64,000 nucleotides of DNA. Origin: Marsupella aquatica (lineage: Eukaryota; Plantae; Marchantiophyta). Made by a program: the position numbers and the translations under genes. A model generated the notes under the pieces. The model saw nothing but the letters and a program-made list of their open reading frames with translations, had not been told where the DNA came from and searched no databases. How positions within the stretch are numbered: position 1 is the first letter of the stretch; each line of letters opens with the position of its first letter. The DNA lies in contig OZ316893.1 in NCBI GenBank assembly GCA_973895155.1, positions 10,607,660-10,671,659 of the forward strand. The letters are read 5' to 3'. Positions 1 to 11,699 of the stretch are shown here, one piece after another.

Positions 1-1760
1 TACACTCCACTATGCCATTGCCAACCAAGGACAAAGTCAAACAAATTCTCATCCATATCCGCATGGCAACTATTTGCCAATGGAAGAGGGGCCTTACATA
101 GTGCCCAAACCCCACAATCATGAAACAGCTTTAATATTAAGTACATGTCTTCATGTACGCAACCTCCCAGGACCTTCAACAGAGTACGGTATCTTGCTGC
201 CAATCACCTCCACCTTTTCTTGTGAGATTGCCCTCCTTTCCTTGGGGAAAACAAAATTATGACAACCCCCAATCGCTGCCTCTCAACCCTACGCTTAATA
301 AACCAAGCTGCCACTCCAATAGAAGGGGCCGTGCTCCCAACACGCCAGTGTCTAGGTGAATAGGAACCCACCTGGCAAGTTTTCCCATTCACTTCTCATC
401 ATAGGACCCTCTTATCCTAAAAATGGTTTCTTGTGATGTACCCAAAAATACTAATTATATTTAGATGTGGTTTTTAGTGAAGCTTAGATCTGGGTGAAAT
501 ACTGATCTACATTTTGAGCAGTAGATTACCCTCCATGGTGCACTGATGAGATGAAACTGACACTGAGAAAATCCCCAAAACATAACAGGCTATTTCACAT
601 ACATGATTGTCCTGCATGTGAATGAGTGCTACCCCAGTGCTTTACATTGGAACATGTGGTTTAAGTTTGCCAGGAGGAGAGTAATCAGTTTGATCTTTGG
701 GGCTACTAAAGTATCCCATCACCACTTGGACAGATGGGTTCCTCTACTTATAAGCATGAAGTAATAGACATTAAATGTTTGTGGTTGTTGTGATACTTTT
801 GAATACTAGCCTGAATACCCTTGAGTATGCACATGAAGGGCTCCCCATACCCAGACTCTCACTGTCCCTACTCACAAGCATAATCCAAACATCAAAATTT
901 TCTATTACCCTACAAATTATAGCTTATGGCTTCACTTTACAGAGTAAGGCATTAAAGATAGACTTCCAGCACAAGTTAGAGTATAGCAGATCACAACACC
1001 AACAATGTAGGCTTGCAAATCACCAGACCTTTGGGTCCCTTGCTTCATTCCCTCTGTGGTAGGACTCCTTCAACTTTAGGGTTTTACTTGACAGTAAAGA
1101 ACTCTTTTGAAACCAAAAAAATGACCAGACACTTTAACCACCAACAATTTATATGGAAAACTAGTGCTTTACAGGTGCAAACACCATACTTACAAGCAGG
1201 AAGAAACTGGTAATGATATACAAGCTCGCTCCATACAAAAAAGGGAAGAAAAAAATAAGGAAAGTGGATGCTAAATCTGTTTGTGTGATCTATATATTGT
1301 GACCTGTAAGAATCTATGTCTGCACTCGGGCTCTTACCTGACAAGATGGCTTTGTCCAACTCTAATTTGACATGGAAAGGTAGTCTTTCCCTGGATGTAA
1401 AGAGGAACCTGAAACCCACATATATTTGAAAGTACCATAATCCATTCATGCAAACAAAAAACAAATTGACCAGAAGACATGTCAAATTCTTGGTGGCTCA
1501 GCTCAAAAATGACAAAGCTCACAAATGTATGGTTCCCAAAACTGCAGGGTGTAAAAATGTAGGGGCCATTTAGAGACATAGTGACGAAATTAAACAGCCT
1601 GAATGTCTTCATTTAGACTAAATGCCTGCAGACAAGGCTTCTGTTGAAATAAGCTGTGAACACCTGTTTTGGCTAGGTGTTGGCTACATCCCCCCAAAAG
1701 TAGAATAACAAGACTTTCTTGCTGTAATGTTTTTCAATGGGCACCTGCAAAAGTCTCAAA
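1..1760 (-). other. Unidentified decayed coding repeat, copy 1
   Basis: About 810-980 aligns by eye with about 28985-29160 (e.g. ATGGCTTCACTTTACA...TAGACTTCCA). The minus-strand frame reads WKSIFNALLCKVKP*AI. No intact ORF. The extent beyond the aligned core is a guess. Confidence 0.4.
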
Positions 1761-3169
1761 GCGAATTGAAAGGACTCTTCGCAACTAGAGTCCACGGTTC
1801 AAGGGTTCACATTCGCCCTTCAACTAGAATACTTATTTCATTATTACAACTCATGAATTGTATGTGTCGATCCTTCTTTTGAAAAAGTTTTAAGAACTTT
1901 TTGGATCGATTGGGTGTCAAAAACCTTTTTCAAGCAGATCTGTCGTCTCGTAGTGCTTTTGTCCATCCATGTCACTTTTTGACAAGAAAGAGCCATTGGT
2001 CTCGCCTGATTAATTAACAAGTTTGTAAATAGGCTCTTTTCTTGAAAACCTTTTGTAAACGTTGCCCAAAACAGTCATGACCTTTGCAGAGAGGTCTGTT
2101 GTTGCCCAAACATCCTCCATTAGCAAAGTGCATGAATAAGTAGGCTCAAGTTGGGGGTTCAATTCTCACAATGTATGGTTTACCTTTTCCTTGAACCGGT
2201 GAAGGGGCTTGTAAAAGTGGTTCAACTTTACAAAACCCATGGCAGGTACCCAAGTCGTCCCTCTCTTGAGTCTGAGAAATCTTATTTAACATGTCTTGAA
2301 GCTGTTTTCAAAACTGGTTCACCATGTACCCTCAAAGTTTGCGGCACAAATTACCTGGTCAACCTTTCGTGACCACTTTTAGGGCAAATTTGGTCACGTG
2401 AGGGTGAGGGTGAAAGTTTGCCGGGCAAGAGTGGGCGTTTGTGGGGCAAATGTGTATGACGGTGACCTAATTTCAACAAGCTCTTTTCCCTGACCACTAT
2501 CCTGTTTCTACCAGTAGGCTTCATATGTTACCGTAAGTAGCTCATAGGAGTTTTCTTCAAAACAGGATAGTTCACTTTTACATACATGTTTATATTTCAT
2601 CTTTACTTTATGGCGCGTATCTACACCCTTTGTTTTCACTTTATTTAGTACTAATTCACCGGTACCTCTACAGAACCCCTTTCGAAAAACATATCATATT
2701 ATACGGTATGACAATAATCACAGAGAATTTCATTTTTAGTTTCTTAGAAAACTTTAAAGAAGGAAAACCAATCCCGAATGACAGACAGAGAATGTTATTG
2801 ATGGTCAAACGACGAAAAAAACTTTACAATCATAGAATCGAGCATATGACATGTCTAGAAGATTGTCCAACCAGAGGAGAGGCAGGTCCTTGGACATTGT
2901 CCAACCACAGACCACAGCCCACGTGCAGATCTTCTTTTTTATTTTATTTTATTTTATTTTCAATGAAAGGATTGGAATATTAAACCTGGATGAACGTGGG
3001 GTTTGCTGTGCAAGTTCTACTAATTTACAAAGTTGAAATCTAGTGACTCAATGTATCAAACTACGTTCCCATAACATCTTTACAATCAGGAATGTGACCT
3101 ATTGGCGGGATCCAAGACGTTTCCACTTGGTTTTCATCGGTTTAAACTGTGGGAAGTGCTATTCATGCA

Positions 3170-3420
3170 CACAAATTACTTAGGGCTTTCTCCACAAAAG
3201 TGAAGCATTCTTCCCCAAAGTGGTAATTTATTGGTCATGCCCAAACAATTCACGACTTCCTTCATTAAAGTGAAATGTCCTTCCCCAAGGTGATAATCAT
3301 TGCTCATGGCCAAACTACTGAGGGAGTCTCTCACAAAAGTGAAACATCAATTCCCCAAAATGGTAAGTTGCTCCTCAAGCCCAAACTACTGGAGGCATCA
3401 TTCACAAACCTGAAATGTCC
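3170..3420. repeat. About 60-bp imperfect tandem repeat, 4 copies
   Basis: Recurring CAAA..ACT...AAAGTGAA....TTCCCCAA.GTG unit. Confidence 0.75.
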
Positions 3421-6400
3421 ATTGGCAGTTGGTTTATAAATAAGTGATCATTTTTGCATTCATTGGCCTTGGAGCAAATGATCTCAGAAAACTAGAGAAC
3501 TTTGTGAGGTACTAGATTGGACAGTCCATGTTGGTCCTATGGTTCCTGCTCAGTCCATGGGAGCATCATTTTCAGAAGCCCGCCCCAGACATGCAGCCTT
3601 TTGCACACAAAATACAAATAACCACAAAGGCCATGACCAAATGGCGCTTAGTAGCCCGCCTGCGACTCTGAGTCCTTTTAACTCTGTCTGTCCTATGGAA
3701 TTATTTTTTCTCTGATACAGTAACTTTCCAGTATCACTGGGCCAAATACTTGAACCACATGTCCTAATTTTATTTATTTATTCTTAGTAGAGGCCACATT
3801 GTGCCCAACAATTGAATGCCCGCTGAGGCAAGAACCAGCAGCAAACATGGCAACCATCCCCTGTAGTGCCAGGAATTGCCCAAGGATCACCAACAAACAG
3901 CCTTTGGGCCAGGAGTGGATCAGGGTCAGCCAACCAAAAGTAGGCATGATCTAACTCCAGTTACAAATTTTGTAGAAGGGGCAAGCCAACCCATCCTCCC
4001 TTATGGGCTCCCTTATGGGGAGTTTACTAGATGAGTGAGCCGATGATGCAAGTTAAAAATGATCTCTGCCCCAGCAGTGGTTTGCATCTTTACAAGGGAT
4101 ATCCAATTGTGGATGTTGAATTTCTTCAGACCCTTCTGCCCAGCTGATTTACTCAATGACCTTCATTTGGTCCATTTGAGTGATACTATGCGTTCATGGG
4201 ATGCAAATAAGTTTAGTAACTCTGTCTCAAGCGAAGCTGACTTGAATGAGTATGCTTCTCTTGCAGCCTACTTTGCACCGGATGATGGATGTCTCTCTGA
4301 CCCACGTCTCAACCCAGAGTTTGAGCTTTACAGCTGTTATTTCCCCTAACTACTTCAAGGTTGCTGATTCCTAGAGTTTTCCTATGGGACTTTGCCATTG
4401 AGGTTTATTTGAAAGTAGTCACACCCTGGTTCAAGGACATTGTAGGTTATAATGCCCCCGAAAACACTGAATTTAGCCCAAGTTTAGACTGGCTACCATT
4501 GTACATATTGCCCTGGTATCAAGGACTTATGAATACACTCATTGCCCTTTTTTACTTTCAATAGTGATTCAGAGGATATTTATAGAGAAGAACGCACAGT
4601 CAAGATTTGTACAAGCTCATTATCAAATTTCTTCTTATACTTTTATTGCAATTAGTAAAAATAAGCTCTCTTTGGGCATTTAAGAGTATTAATATTCCCT
4701 CCAAACTCAAGTCCACTTTCATTTTTGGGGGCATAATACCACAATCTTATGTAAACAGACATTCCTAGATACTTTCATCCTTGATATAGTAATGTCTCCT
4801 ACTATGTTCTGGCTTTGTTCTCCTTTCCTCATACTTCAAGACAACCCAAATTAGGATTTACTCTTTTCTACCATCAAACATGCCGAGGACAAATCTTGGA
4901 CTGGCCTTGCAAAGCTTGTGGTGGGTATTGTCTTCCAGCAACCACTCTAAGGGTCGTCTTGCATGTCTTTGGTCCTTTGCACATCGGCCCTAAAATGAAC
5001 TCGTGTCATGAGTTGAGGCAGCGAGAGGGCGGCAGTCCTGATGGCTTCTTTTGTGGAGATACAAGGGCAAGGGCCGGAAAATTTCCGGCCCTTGAGGTCC
5101 CGAACCTTTAAAATGTAATAAAACAAAACATTTGGTTTTAACTTTTCCCCGACATCTGTGGCTTGGTAAGGGCCGCAGTTTTCAGGACTCTTGCACATGC
5201 AAGACAGTCCTAATATCAATCCTTTAAAAAGGAGTCCCCTTGCGTTTACAACCTATCTTTTTGGAGGGAATCAACTTTGAAATAATCAATGACATCCTTC
5301 AGATTTATTGAGTTTTCTGGGCCATGGGATTACTTGAAAATGGGACAGCATAAACTTAAACAAGTGTATAATAGTACCTGTCCAAAAAATGCAAATGTAA
5401 TGAATAGAATTCATGTGTAGTGGAAAAGCAAGCTATACAAAGTACAACCTACACTCACTTAGTAGTGGATATGACCACAAGTGAGACAGAAAGAACGGTG
5501 ACCCTAATAGTATTTGCTTGTTTTACATGGTTTTACCTTTTTTCATTTTGGAATTTTTTATGGAGGTGGCCATACAGCTTTTGGGGTTTTTTAAGATTTT
5601 AGGGAGTACCTGTTTGTTTTTTGGTTGGTTGTTGTGCGGTGGGGTTTTTTTTATTTCCTTTCAGGGAAGAGAGGGTAACTTCTTTTAAGGTGCCAGTAAT
5701 TTTGGGTTGGTTGTTGCATATATATATGAGGGCAAGGGCCAGAAGAATCAAGGAGTACCAATCCTCAATGATCATGGCTCTTCCTCTCCCCTGGGTGATC
5801 CTTGCTCCTCCCACAACTCATGTGAGTACTTCCCCTCCCATGCGAGTATAATAGTTCTCTCTTGAAATAATAGTTCTCACAATGTGTATTCTCTTCACTT
5901 TTCAAAGTTGACTCTTTTTTCTTTTCTTTCATTTCATTATGTTATATTTCTCCACAATTCTATATGTACCCTCATATACCCCAGAGTTAATTGTTTGCAA
6001 AATTTCCTATTTTATACAATGATAATTTTTACACAATGAGATACTAAATGCAACAATCTCCTTCAGGCACGACATCTTGTAGGCAACTATGTCTTTTATG
6101 GAACAAATTTTGTTACACAAAGATATCATTTATTCCACAATGTCTTTTGCATAATGACATCATTTCTGCATAAAGAGATCATATATTTACACAACATCTT
6201 TAACTCAAGTTATCGTTTATGCAAGTACATCTTCAGTGCAACGCACCATTATTGAGCTAGTAAGTATAGAAAAATGAAAGAGAAAACTCTTGAAGTGGTT
6301 CAACTTGTAGGGAACTTCTGTTGGTTTTACAGGAAATAAATAGGTCGAGGTTCTCCTGTAGGTTTTTTAGCTTCCCAGCCGCTGTGGTGCCATGTTTCGG

Positions 6401-8742
6401 GTTTCTTTGCTTTTGTACCCCCCTTTTCTCCACTTTCAAACTGGTGACCATGTACTTTTTGTATATTTCTGAAACATGGATGTTTCCAGGCCCATCTCCT
6501 ATGGGCCATGTACTTGTTTGTGTTTTAGTATATTGGGTTTTCTCAGGCGCAAGCAGTGGGCCATTTGCATGGCCCCTCCTAGTAAGGGCTTGGCCCCTTC
6601 TTCGTTCGCTGAATATCCTCTGCATTCAAAGTGTGTAGTGGTCCCAGTGTGGATGTCCTAGTCCTTGCTTTTGTTTTATGGTACCAAGCGGTTCTACAGC
6701 CCCGGTTCATTTGCCCTCGAGCAGAACTATTGGAACCCCTTCGAACCTGAATACTTATTTTCATACTATTTTGACTGGAGTTTTTATAAACCATAGGAAT
6801 AGGAAGTAGAATAGGTGATTTTAATAAAATAGAAAATAGTTTTTTATTGTTACTTTTAAATAGTAAAATAGATAAGGAAGTACAGCAAAAGTTGGTGATG
6901 CTATAGTGATGCCCCGGTTATATATTGACCCAGCTGGTTTTCAGCTAGATCTGCCCAACACTCTTATACAAAAGTTGAAAATCATGGGTCTATGCCTTGA
7001 ACAGGTTGGTATAGTGGAAACTCTATAACGACCCAACACTCTACACCCAAGTACGCCAAAGTTTGAAAATCATGGTGAAAAAGGTCAAAATCGTAACGTA
7101 CGCTAGGGGTGTGAAGGCTAATGAAAGGGCTACAAATTTTTCTGTAGCTAGAACGGGTCAAAATTGCCGCATTGGACGCATACACAATCAACTATTGAGC
7201 AGGACAAAAACCATACTGCAAACAAAATGTGGGGCCAATGAACCACATAGGAAGCGCAGGTGGGTTTTCACTCGTATCCCCAGTCAGGCCGCCCACAGCC
7301 CACCCATCCCATCCCATCCCCCTCTCGGCCTTTACTCTCCCCTCCTCCCCCATTGGCCTGGCTCCCACTGTCCCCCCCCCTCGAACGACGGCCCTACTCG
7401 ACCCCACCCTCCGTCCCCACCCTCTGTCCCCACTCCCCACCTGACCCAATCTTGGAGCCTATCCTATCCTTGCTTACCCTAGCCTATCCTAGCCTTGCGT
7501 ACCTCACCCTACGTGCCCTGCTCTGCCCTGCCCTGCCCACCCGCCCTCATCGCCCCGCCCGACCATCCGGCCAATGAGGGCGCTGAGTCGAGCGCTCTAA
7601 AGATAAGGAGGGCCACGCATGGCTCAGGAAGTTGATGCATGGCAATGACTGGAGAGAGAGTCAAAGGAAGAGAGAGAGAGAGGGAGAGAGAGAGAGAGCC
7701 CCTATCCCGGACCTGAAAGCCGGCTGACAGCTCTGGAGACTGGAGAGAGAGACTCCCTCCTTGTCGCGCCGAGGCAGGCAACGAGCCAACGCACGGCGGC
7801 CGTGTTCACAATCATCCGCTTCGTTGCGCCATCCTGTGTCCTGCCCTCGCGGACTCGCGGAGGTGCAGGACATCGGTGCCCAGAGCGCGAGGACGAGAAA
7901 TTAATAAACCGTTCGCTGTATGCCGCCCATTTATTATTTCTTTCATTGGCAGGCGTCGCGTCGCAGCCCAGCCCATTCCGCACGGCACATTTGGCCGTCA
8001 CGCCTTCTGTCGTTCGCCGCTATGTTTTTGAGTATAGTAGTAGTAGTACCGGAGAGCGGGGTGGACGTCATTCTTTCGCTTATTTTGGTACCGTGGTGCG
8101 GATGGAGCTGTAGTGTAAGTGTGGTTTTACAAGAGGTGAATACTAGTGACTTGTTCCACCAAAGCAAAGTGGAGGGCCCTCTCTAATCCTACTCCAAACA
8201 AAAAATCTTTTTGTTTGGACGTCTTTTTGTTTGGACCACTTTTTCTTGCCTTTCATTGCACTTTGATTTTCTCGTGGTATATAAACTTTGGTGATTTGTT
8301 TGGTTTTTGAAAGAAAGTTTAATAAATGCAAATTCATTCATTGAAAGAGCCAAGATTTGTAGATGTTTGGACCACCTTTGGAAGTGGTCCATAATTCAAG
8401 ACAAAATAAAGGTAGCCTCACAAGACTTCCAGGGCACTTGTGACTTGTTTTCACCAAAGAAAAGGTGAGGGCCACTCCCTGTCCTCAAGATAGACTCCAG
8501 ACCACAAATATTGGAATGAAGTTCAATACATGCATTCCTTGGATGAAAGACCCAAAACTTAATATTTGGATGCTATCTAAAATTCTAGACAAAATTACCA
8601 CTCCACATCAGCTACTTGGGCCCATTGCTTGCCATTTAGGAGTTGTAGATACAATACCTGAATGGCCATTTTCACTCATTATACATCTCCTAAAGTATGA
8701 TCATCATCCCAAAGGTTGTACTCAGATAGGACGTTTAAGCTC

Positions 8743-8745
<3 letters not shown>

Positions 8746-8780
<35 letters not shown>
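8746..8780. repeat. (GA)n microsatellite
   Basis: Perfect GA run. Confidence 0.95.
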
Positions 8781-8784
<4 letters not shown>

Positions 8785-10246
8785 GTCAATATCCAAACAA
8801 GGGGACGAAAGGCATCCAAAAAAAAGAGAACAAAGGGCAAACACATCAATGAGGCCGGAAAACTGACAAGGGAAAACTCAACTATTCAGTCCATGAGGTC
8901 TTGAAGAGCCGCAATGAGATTTCTGAAAAAATGTATATGTTAAGTCTGCTAGCACAGATTTAGAACAAATTGATTTATTCTCATTTGAAGAGTATTTGTG
9001 GATGTCATCCAAGCTCAAAAGTTCGCAAAGGGACCTCATCAGAACTTAAGACTCTCAATTCCTGTTAGAAGAATTAATGATTTTGATTCTCAAATACTAA
9101 TAAATCCTAGCTTCTAAATAAATTTTAGATGCAACAACAGTAGAATCCGACAATATTCTGGTACGTGAACATTGTCTACGATATTTGGTAGCAAATATTT
9201 TACTCAAATTAACTTAGGGCACTCATACGAGACATCACAATTAGGGATGAAACTTTGGATTGTAGAAAACTATTTTACAATAGTGCGTGATGACAGTTTT
9301 ACACGTTTGCTGGCTGTTTTAAACTGGAAATACTAACCAGTACTATCTCGGGCTTATTTTGTTTGTCTCCTTATGGGCTTTTCGTCCTTGCTGGGCGGGG
9401 ACTACAGTTTTTATATTTTTGAAACAAAAAGTCTCTGCCCCAAATCTTAAGCTTGGATAGGATGCTTAAATTAGGATCTATGTGAACATGCCTTGACATA
9501 GATTTAGAGTAAACAATTTAGTTTCGTTCAAAGAGCATTTGGCTGGAGATGCTATTATGAGCTTAGGACTCATAGGGTCTCACAAAACTCCAAATTTCCA
9601 AGATTAAATATTAAAATTGATTGAGCAAATTAGATCCAACAACATTACTTTCATTGAGAGAATTGGATTGAGTCTACCCAGTCACCAGCTTTGCTCCCAC
9701 CTGGATTCATTTTGTGTCGGGGTTGCTGGAAGATCAACTCCCATGCCTGGACCTATTCAAAGGTTGTTAATCACCCCTCTCCTAACCTAACCTTGGTTGT
9801 GCTTACAGCCCTCTGGCGTGCTTGGGGGTTACTTTCTTTGGGCTCCTAGGCGTATCTCTTCCAGCACCTAAACCAGCCTGGTGCCTCATTCCCAACCTTG
9901 CTGCCTGGACCAGCTGATCATCTGTCCCCTCTCCCTGCCTTGCTAACCCTCCCTAGGTGCATTCTTGCTGACAATCCTGCTGGCGATCATCTATGCAAAC
10001 CATCTTGTACACCAACAACAACAATGCCTTTGTGTATCTCCTCCCACTTGTTCAAATTTTCTCGGATGGACCCAACTTCCGCCTTCCCTCCCCACTTGCA
10101 ACTTGTGCAATTTCTTTTGACTCTCTTGCAATCTTTGGTGTCTACCATCTTTCTTATTGGCAACACAATCTTTGTGGAATGCATGGGCATTGAACAACTA
10201 GTTCTCTATAGGTCAAGCAAAGTGTTTTTTGTTTTGTTTTGTTTTG

Positions 10247-10247
<1 letters not shown>

Positions 10248-10284
<37 letters not shown>

Positions 10285-10300
10285 CAGGGGGGGGGGGGGG
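10248..10300. repeat. (GT)n microsatellite followed by poly-G
   Basis: Perfect TG run, then a G homopolymer. Confidence 0.95.
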
Positions 10301-11699
10301 AGAGGGAAACCTTGCTCAAGAGACCCAGAAGAACATCAAGTAGGGGAAACCCAAAATTTTATAAAAAGTAGAAGAAAATAGGGCTGGGACACTCAATGAA
10401 CACAAAGAACTAGGCTCCATTGGCCTCAGAGAAAAGTTTGTAATCTCAGTGATAGATTTATTGTATGCATTGTTATTCTTATACTGAACTCAGTCTACTG
10501 ATTTTCTCTGGCAGTGAACTAATGTGGTGTAGGACTTTACGATATGAAAACTTTCTAAAGTGGCTAACCAAAGAAGGCTGTTATATTTTGTGATGGCAAT
10601 ATACAGAGCTAGTGTTGTCAAATGCAAAAGACTTAGCGGTCTCCACACATTCCTTTGCCACTCTAGTGACTGCCTCTGTATTTAAAACATTTGGTAAGGC
10701 GCATTATTTGGCCACTTGTGGGTCAATGCCTATTGAAATGTGACTCCACACCTATGCATCTTTTGCCTCCAGAAAATAAAACAACCGCAAGATATTACCT
10801 ACAGATCTATCAATAGCTGTTGACTTAAAGTCACTTCTACTACCAAAATTGCCTTGCTAACAGCACATGTGCGTTTAGCCTATACACAGCTTATTACCCA
10901 TCCCATGTGAACGACTTGGAGCATGACCAATTCTCCCAACCTAGAAACAAACAAAGAAAAGATGGCCACGAGCTGGTTGAAAAGTTGAATTCATTCTACA
11001 TATGTGAGTACTAAGTCAAATCTAGTTTTGATAGGATAACACATGATGCTTCGAAACTCGGTTTGTGCACACTAAAAGCCTGATTCCTAGGGAAAAAACA
11101 AGATAATGTATTGCGATTACTACTTAAAAGAAAACCCATCAACTTTGTCACTTCTAATCAAAAGCTTGATTACCTACTTTGATAAGATAAGTAAGCAAGA
11201 TAAGTACAAGACCTAGACATTGGGGCCAACTGTTTCTTGAGCATTGCTGGCCACTTAGTCCTACTGAAACTCGTTCTGTGTGCTATTTTCCATGCACCAT
11301 CTTATGGTTCCAAGTCTCAAAGGGGTTGGGACCATCAAAGCAAATTTACTTGGAATCAAACAATTAAGAACCATGGTGCTTGGTAATGCTGCCCAAAAAT
11401 GCATTTTGGGCGATAAAAGTTAAATGTGAACAGGTTTCCCTCAGTAAGATCCCACAATACAAAGGAAAAATGAACGTTAATGCAACTGTGTAGAATCATT
11501 GAAATTGGTATTGGGCAGTTGAGCTATTTAGAAAACCTCTTGAGAAATTGAATAACGCAAGTATACTGCGTGCAGTGTAGACAGGCACTAGGGTAAGCAA
11601 CAAGGGTGCCTTGGAGACAAATCACTGTAGGTCAGGCCTAGTGGCGTGGTGAATAATGTAGGTTGCCGCAGTGCCTAATGCTAGATCAAATCACTACTA

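Noticed and set aside
3170-3420. CRISPR-like array (also considered for 29788-30117 and 61213-61493)
   Set aside because: Units are degenerate along their whole length, with no unique spacers or cas genes, in a eukaryotic context.
7063-8186. Overlapping Pro/Gly/Arg-rich ORFs
   Set aside because: By-products of C-rich and GC-rich low-complexity DNA, with no domain or splice support.
8400-10200. Possible further LINE remnants around the GA and GT microsatellites
   Set aside because: Only a vague zf-RVT-like peptide (WMKDPKLNIW) and no diagnostic RT or endonuclease motif, too weak to call.
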